Positions 27,822 to 33,155 of a stretch of 33,155 nucleotides of DNA are shown here, piece by piece. A program made the translations under genes and the position numbers. Under the pieces are notes generated by a model. It did no database searches, had not been told where the DNA came from, and worked only from the letters and a program-made list of their open reading frames with translations. The stretch is from contig CAWAUM010000008.1 of the NCBI GenBank assembly GCA_963785235.1, forward strand, positions 1 through 33,155. The letters run 5' to 3'. The stretch is from an uncultured delta proteobacterium (GTDB lineage Bacteria > Desulfobacterota > Desulfomonilia > UBA1062). The first letter of the stretch is position 1. Each line of letters starts with the position of its first letter.

Positions 27822-29186
27822 ATGAGATTTTTACGAAACACAGTCATCATTATCTTGGCATTTCTGATCTTTTTCCCCGCTCCAAGTAACACCGCTACTC
27901 TGCGGGTGAGTTGGAACGCAAATACTGAGACTGACCTGGGTGGGTACCTGATCTATTACGGCACTGAACCGGGAAACTACATCGCATGCTACGATACGGG
28001 CAAAGTCACCAGCTACGGAATCACCGGGGTTCAAAGCGGGACCACAATTTACATTGCGATGGCCGCCTATGATACCTCCCAGAATGATTCCGCGTTATCT
28101 GCTGAACAGCATATCACCGTTCCTAACGTCACCACAACGGTGACGGTGCCGAGTGTGGTTGGCAAGACACAGGCTGCTGCCAGCAGTTCTCTGACATCAG
28201 CCGGTCTTAAGGTGGGGACTATCACCCAGGCATACAGCAGTACCGTTGCATCCGGTAACGTGATCAGTCAGAGCCCTGTATCCGGGTCATCGGTGGCATC
28301 GGGTTCAGCTGTGAACCTGACGGTATCCAAAGGTCCCCAACCAGTCATGAGGACGGTACCGAATGTAGTAGGCAAAACGCAGGCTGCTGCCAGCAGTGCT
28401 CTGACATCAGCACTCCTTACAACAGGGACTATCACCCAGGCATACAGCAGTACCGTTGCATCCGGTAACGTGATCAGTCAGAGTCCTGTATCCGGGTCAT
28501 CGGTGGCATCGGGTTCAGCTGTGAACCTGGCGGTATCCAAGGGTCCCCAACCAGTCATGAGGACGGTACCGAATGTAGTGGGCAAGACACAGGCTGCTGC
28601 CAGTAGCGCTCTGACATCAGCACTCCTTACAACAGGGACTATCACCCAGGCATACAGCAGTACCGTTGCATCCGGGAACGTGATCAGTCAGAGCCCTGTA
28701 TCCGGGTCATCGGTGGCATCGGGTTCAGCTGTGAACCTGACGGTATCCAAGGGTCCCCAACCAGTCATGAGGACGGTACCGAATGTAGTGGGCAAAACGC
28801 AGGCTGCTGCCAGCAGTGCTCTGACATCAGCACTCCTTACAACAGGGACTATCACCCAGGCATACAGCAGTACCGTTGCATCCGGGAACGTGATCAGTCA
28901 GAGTCCTGTATCCGGGTCATCGGTGGCATCGGGTTCAGCTGTGAACCTGACGGTATCCAAGGGTCCCCAACCAGTCATGAGGACGGTACCGAATGTGGTT
29001 GGCAAGACATGGGTTGCTGCCTATAGTGCCCTGACATCAGCCGGTCTTAAGATGGGGACCATCACCACGGCATACAGCAGCACCATTGCATCCGGGAACG
29101 TGATCAGGCAGAGCCCTGTATCCGGGACATCGGTGGCATCGGGTTCAGTTGTGAACCTGACGATATCCTGGGGTCCGGGAACGTGA
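27822..29186 (+). CDS. Secreted fibronectin type III + five PASTA domain protein
   Basis: Sec signal peptide. FN3 domain (VSWNAN..GYLIYYG..YIAMAAYD). Five repeats of VPxVVGKT..A...L...L..G......S..VASGNVISQSP..G..V..GSAVNLTVSKG. Confidence 0.9.
   Translation: MRFLRNTVIIILAFLIFFPAPSNTATLRVSWNANTETDLGGYLIYYGTEPGNYIACYDTGKVTSYGITGVQSGTTIYIAMAAYDTSQNDSALSAEQHITVPNVTTTVTVPSVVGKTQAAASSSLTSAGLKVGTITQAYSSTVASGNVISQSPVSGSSVASGSAVNLTVSKGPQPVMRTVPNVVGKTQAAASSALTSALLTTGTITQAYSSTVASGNVISQSPVSGSSVASGSAVNLAVSKGPQPVMRTVPNVVGKTQAAASSALTSALLTTGTITQAYSSTVASGNVISQSPVSGSSVASGSAVNLTVSKGPQPVMRTVPNVVGKTQAAASSALTSALLTTGTITQAYSSTVASGNVISQSPVSGSSVASGSAVNLTVSKGPQPVMRTVPNVVGKTWVAAYSALTSAGLKMGTITTAYSSTIASGNVIRQSPVSGTSVASGSVVNLTISWGPGT
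28142..29177 (+). repeat. Five tandem 210-bp (70-codon) PASTA-encoding repeats
   Basis: Units start at 28142, 28352, 28562, 28772 and 28982. Units 2-4 are nearly identical at DNA level. Confidence 0.95.
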
Positions 29187-29281
29187 TCAGTACGTCACCT
29201 GCTGCAGTAGCATTGGTGGCTTAGGGGACTAATGTTACGTTTTACGTTTCCTCGGGCAATAGGCACAGGTAGCAGGGAGAA

Positions 29282-29329
29282 AGTGGGCGGCGGACCAAAT
29301 CGGCTCCCCGCCCACTGATTATTTTTTTT
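29282..29329 (+). terminator. Probable Rho-independent terminator
   Basis: AGTGGGCGG...CCGCCCACT stem followed by GATTATTTTTTTT, about 100 nt after the PASTA gene. Confidence 0.55.
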
Positions 29330-29647
29330 AATAACCCATACTTTTTCAGAGTAGATTCTTGCGATAGATAGGCGGTTTCTGGATGTCTCCAAACTGATGA
29401 TCTCCAAATAATACCTACGCAAACAGATATTTCAATCTGGAGCGAACCTGGTAGCACGTAACATTGCTAAACACTTGCACTAAACACGTGCCCCCCTTGA
29501 CAACGATTATTTACAGCTTATTAAAGCAAAAACCTCCCGACGTTCATGGTTCATGGTCCGGCACAATAAGCAAATTCAATGCAAGGATTGGTGCTCGAGT
29601 TTAGGGAGAAAATGTAAAATATAACCGGCAACTTGGAGGGATCTATA

Positions 29648-30934
29648 ATGATCGCATCAAAACATGTCAGACTCGTACTTGTGCCCCTTGTATTTTTCCT
29701 AGGTGCTTTCGTAGCTTCATGCGGTGGTGGCGGTAGCGGCAGCAGCAATCCGCCGGGCGCCGAGGCGCCGACTGCCGTCGTGCAGCCTTTGCCGTTGCCG
29801 GGTCCCTATGCGGTTGCGTGCAGCAACGTTGTCCAGGATTTCACTCGAGTGGGTGCCGGCGAGGACGTGACGAGCTATTGGGACGGCATGCCGTCGGACA
29901 ACGGCATGGCGCGTTATGCGACCGATCTGCTGGCGGACCCTGATAATACGCTGATTACCACGGTGACCGCACCGCAGGACTCGAATCTCTATGGTGATTT
30001 TGCCGGACAGGAGGTCAAGTTCGTGGTGCTCGTATTATACCCCACTACGGCCGACAACCCCCGTCCCGACTATCCGCTGCCGACCGGCAGGGTTGTGCCA
30101 CACATGCAGACCGGATCGGATGCGCCGTTATTTGCTGATGCCTTGGCTCGTTATCCGGTAGTTGCGTTTTCGCATGGTTTCAGAGGTAGCCCGCTCACCA
30201 GCGACTACCTTTTGGCTCTGTCCGTTTTCGCGAGTTACGGTTACGTTGTAATCGCCCCGTTTCACGGCGACCTGCGCTTTTCCGACCTCAATATCGACAA
30301 CCTCGGCGACGCCATTGCCGTGGCGTCGCACCTGGACAACTTCACGGCGATGCAGGCACTGCGACCGCTTTCGATATCCGCGGCGCTCGACTCCGTGCTC
30401 GCGCATCCTCAATGGAAAGATCACATCGATGAGACACAGATCGGCGGTTTCGGGGCGAGCATGGGCGGCGAGACAATGCTGTTGTTGGGCGGCGCCGGCC
30501 TGACGACCTCATACTTCAACATCGGGTCGTCGTGGAAGCAGGTCACCCGCGATCCACGGATCAAGGCGGCGGTCGGCTACGTGCCGTATTTCGGGCAGCC
30601 GATCCTGCCTGCATTCGGACGCGACCAGCACGGGCTCGACGGCATCAATCTGCCATTCCTCGGCATCAGCGGGACGGCGGACACGACCGCTCCGATTACT
30701 GAAACGAAGATCGGCATGTCGCGCCTCACCGGGACCCGCGAGCTGGTTGCACTCTCGGGCGTGACACATGGGTTCGACGTTGCCTCGACAAACGACATCT
30801 TCACATGGATTCTTACATTCCTCGACGCGGAGGTACGCGGCAACCCGACAACACAAAAGCAGCTCTCGACAATGGGGAGCGTGGCGGGCGGAGGCGACGA
30901 CAGCGTCGTGATCTTCTACAACGGCCCTCAATGA
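29648..30934 (+). CDS. Alpha/beta hydrolase lipoprotein (PAF-acetylhydrolase/chlorophyllase-like)
   Basis: Lipobox VASC followed by GGGGSG. YPVVAFSHG, nucleophile elbow GASMGG, Asp in GTADTTAP, His in VTHGF. ATG 29648 after GGAGGG. Confidence 0.85.
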   Translation: MIASKHVRLVLVPLVFFLGAFVASCGGGGSGSSNPPGAEAPTAVVQPLPLPGPYAVACSNVVQDFTRVGAGEDVTSYWDGMPSDNGMARYATDLLADPDNTLITTVTAPQDSNLYGDFAGQEVKFVVLVLYPTTADNPRPDYPLPTGRVVPHMQTGSDAPLFADALARYPVVAFSHGFRGSPLTSDYLLALSVFASYGYVVIAPFHGDLRFSDLNIDNLGDAIAVASHLDNFTAMQALRPLSISAALDSVLAHPQWKDHIDETQIGGFGASMGGETMLLLGGAGLTTSYFNIGSSWKQVTRDPRIKAAVGYVPYFGQPILPAFGRDQHGLDGINLPFLGISGTADTTAPITETKIGMSRLTGTRELVALSGVTHGFDVASTNDIFTWILTFLDAEVRGNPTTQKQLSTMGSVAGGGDDSVVIFYNGPQ

Positions 30935-31209
30935 TGTGACGAGGGCGCGACGGCGAATTGATGCCATGTGGTCGAAATTGATGGGTATGTACCCATGATG
31001 GGTATCTACCACTTGCTTCCAAACGTTTCCTTCTTATTATATGTCGATGCTGGGGAATCCATTAAGAAGGATCCATATCATCCTCGAGGTGTTCATAGTA
31101 TTCGGCGGGGGAGGCGGCTACTATTGGTACAGGACACGGTTGGTGTGACTTCTCATATTATTTTGATGCAAAAGCAGAGTCTTATCAAAACGAAAGGAGA
31201 TGAAAGTAT

Positions 31210-31395
31210 ATGAAGAAATTAGTGGTGTTATTTGTAGCTATAACATTTCTTGGGGCTCTTACCTTGACTGGCTGCAATCAATCAACGCCAACACCGGAGC
31301 AGGGAGCGGTTGGAGCACCTGGCCCGGTTGGAGCACCTGGAGAAGCAGGAGCGACCGGACAAACTGGAGCGCCTGCGTCGACACAACAATATTAA
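31210..31395 (+). CDS. Small lipoprotein with collagen-like (Gly-X-Y)8 repeat
   Basis: MKK, hydrophobic stretch, lipobox LTGC, then GAV GAP GPV GAP GEA GAT GQT GAP. RBS AAAGGAG. Confidence 0.75.
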   Translation: MKKLVVLFVAITFLGALTLTGCNQSTPTPEQGAVGAPGPVGAPGEAGATGQTGAPASTQQY

Positions 31396-31498
31396 CGGAC
31401 ACTGGGTATCGGGGCATATCCTCGCCAAGAAGGTATTCCCCAAGTCCATAAAGGAGGGAGTGGATTACAAAATCTTCTACTAAAAATATGGTTTCAAT

Positions 31499-31816
31499 AT
31501 GAATCAGAGAAGAAACAGCCTTAGAAAAATCTACAAATCAAAGGTATCATTACAATTAAATGAAATTATTAAGGGATATGGATATACAAAAGATATCTGT
31601 TTTGGTGGAGTATGTATTAGCTCACCGGAACTTTTTACTTTCCTGAAGCAGGATCAAGCTGATCAAATCCTTAATGTTATGGTAGAGGTTTCTCTTATAT
31701 CTGAATCTTTAACACTTCAAGGCACTATAGTCCGAGTTAATGAGTTCGAAAAAGAATTGGTAATTAGTATATCTCAAATATCAAACCCCACAAGGTGGAT
31801 GTGGCTTTGCAAGTAA
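31499..31816 (+). CDS. PilZ domain protein
   Basis: RxxxR (RRNSLR), DICFGG variant of D/NxSxxG, GTIVRV strand. 105 aa. Confidence 0.75.
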   Translation: MNQRRNSLRKIYKSKVSLQLNEIIKGYGYTKDICFGGVCISSPELFTFLKQDQADQILNVMVEVSLISESLTLQGTIVRVNEFEKELVISISQISNPTRWMWLCK

Positions 31817-32126
31817 ACCTTGGTATCGGTTTTTGCTTTTTGACCCTTTCCCGGTGATATAGCTTTCACCTTACTCTCCTTTTCCTCGCTGCTGGTCAAC
31901 GTGATGATTCCTGTCAGGTGTTATTATTAAGATATAGTAGCTGCCTTTACGACTCGCTCTAACCATGTCTATTAAAAGGATCAATTCTTTCTACACATAA
32001 TGAAATATATATGTACGTTACCGTAACCGATAGTACGATTATTACCTGAATATTAATATTTTATTGTGTAACACGCCTATATTACTCGGTCGGAATACCT
32101 GGATCATGTCTTGTAGGCTATCATGT

Positions 32127-33005
32127 ATGAATATATATAAAATAGTAAGAATCGCAATTCTGCTCATCTTCATTACCCAGTTCACCCAGCTTGCATACGC
32201 ATCCGGAGTCAGAGTCGGCTGGGTTGAAAATCCAGTAAGTGATGTCGCTGGTTACAGGGTCCACTATGGAACTGCATCTCGCAACTATCAGATTCACGTC
32301 GATGCAGGCACTTTCACATCTATAGAAATTGACAGCCTGAGTTCCGGGACAACTTACTACTTTGCGGTTACAGCCTATGATTACTCAGGGAATGAGAGTG
32401 CCTATTCCCAGGAAATCCAGGCAACCATGCCTGCGGCCCCGGCAGTTAACGCGGTTTCAGGTGCCAACTCTGTATCTGGTTCCAGTTCTGTAACAGGTTC
32501 AGGTTCTGGTTCGTTATCTGTTTCCAGTTCTGGTTCAGGTTCAAGTTCTAATACGGTCTCTAGTTCTGGTTCAGGTTCAACAGATGGCTCAGGGAATGTC
32601 ACTGAGGCAGCAACCTACACCCTGAGCACCTCAGTTGTGAATGCGTCTGGGACAATCAGCGCTACCCAGTCTACTGAACCATATGTTCAAGGTGCGATTG
32701 TCAGTCTTACTGCTACACCGGATTCAGGCTTCAAAGTGATGGCCTGGACAGGTACTGACGACGATACCTCCATAAACAACACCAACACCGTAACAATGAA
32801 CGCAGACCGCACCGTATCAGTAGAGTTTGAGCCTGTCTCGAAATCCGAAGAGAATAAGGCTGGTGGCGGTGGCAGCGGTGGGGGCTGCTTCATATCAACC
32901 CCTGTGTCTGAAAGCCCTGTTTCTCAAGGAGTGACCTTCCTGGCATTTGCTGGCATGGTGCTCATGGGTATTTCAGGTTTTTTAAGACGGGATATCAGCA
33001 ACTGA
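32127..33005 (+). CDS. Cell-surface protein: FN3 domain, Ser/Gly linker, InlB-B-like repeat, GGGCFI C-terminal anchor
   Basis: Signal peptide (..LAYA). FN3 (GW..AGYRVHYG..YYFAVTAYD..NES). SSGSGS-rich linker. VSLTATPDSGF...WTG..VTMNADRTVSVEF repeat. GGGGSGGGCFI, TM helix and RR tail. Start ATG 32127 preferred to TTG 32064. Confidence 0.82.
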   Translation: MNIYKIVRIAILLIFITQFTQLAYASGVRVGWVENPVSDVAGYRVHYGTASRNYQIHVDAGTFTSIEIDSLSSGTTYYFAVTAYDYSGNESAYSQEIQATMPAAPAVNAVSGANSVSGSSSVTGSGSGSLSVSSSGSGSSSNTVSSSGSGSTDGSGNVTEAATYTLSTSVVNASGTISATQSTEPYVQGAIVSLTATPDSGFKVMAWTGTDDDTSINNTNTVTMNADRTVSVEFEPVSKSEENKAGGGGSGGGCFISTPVSESPVSQGVTFLAFAGMVLMGISGFLRRDISN

Positions 33006-33155
33006 GATCTCAATTTACTCAAAACAGGCAGATCCTGTTCACAGGTCAAAACCTTCAGTATGGGTAACCCTTGATTATGAAACAATAATTGCACTTTTCC
33101 CAGTCAGTAAGGATGGAAAAAAGCGGTTCACATCCATACTGGATGAATTGATCTG

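Noticed and set aside
28142-29177. CRISPR-like repeat array
   Set aside because: The units are contiguous in-frame 210-bp coding repeats with no unique spacers and no cas genes.
31820-31836. Sigma54-like TGG...TTGC
   Set aside because: GG-to-GC spacing is 11 nt rather than the required 10.
32475-32595. Repeated TCTGGTTCAGGTTCA-like motifs and the antisense PEPE ORF
   Set aside because: Explained by the Ser/Gly linker of the FN3 protein.
33075-33155. Possible 3' end of a minus-strand gene (QINSSSMDVNRFFPSLLTGKSAIIVS*)
   Set aside because: Only 26 codons at the window edge, with no motif to support a call.

Overview
Bacterial window, probably from an anaerobic deltaproteobacterium (Desulfobacterota/Syntrophales-like; inferred from gene content only). 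The left 20 kb is an apparently unusual lipid-biosynthesis locus. A tightly coupled minus-strand operon encodes a 2570-aa iterative type I FAS/PKS (two tandem FabK/NMO-like FMN barrels, KS, AT, ACP, KR, DH; no thioesterase), a PPTase, a probable permuted papain-like acyltransferase, a FemAB-like GNAT protein, an ABC-2 exporter and a B12-dependent radical SAM enzyme, and it probably continues past the left edge. Divergent from it is a 1413-aa fused CoA-activase/dehydratase protein of the PlsA/Ger (plasmalogen/ether-lipid) type. Converging on that gene are a 5'-truncated SPT/AONS-family PLP enzyme and an SDR closely resembling eukaryotic 3-ketodihydrosphingosine reductase. The AT-richer right part holds a frameshifted six-PAS protein, two orphan receiver proteins, a PAS-LuxR regulator, an LEA_2/WHy lipoprotein beside a solitary integron attC site, and envelope genes (FN3+5xPASTA protein, alpha/beta hydrolase lipoprotein, collagen-like mini-lipoprotein, PilZ protein, FN3 protein with a GGGCFI tail). 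No rRNA, tRNA, CRISPR array, integrase or transposase was seen.
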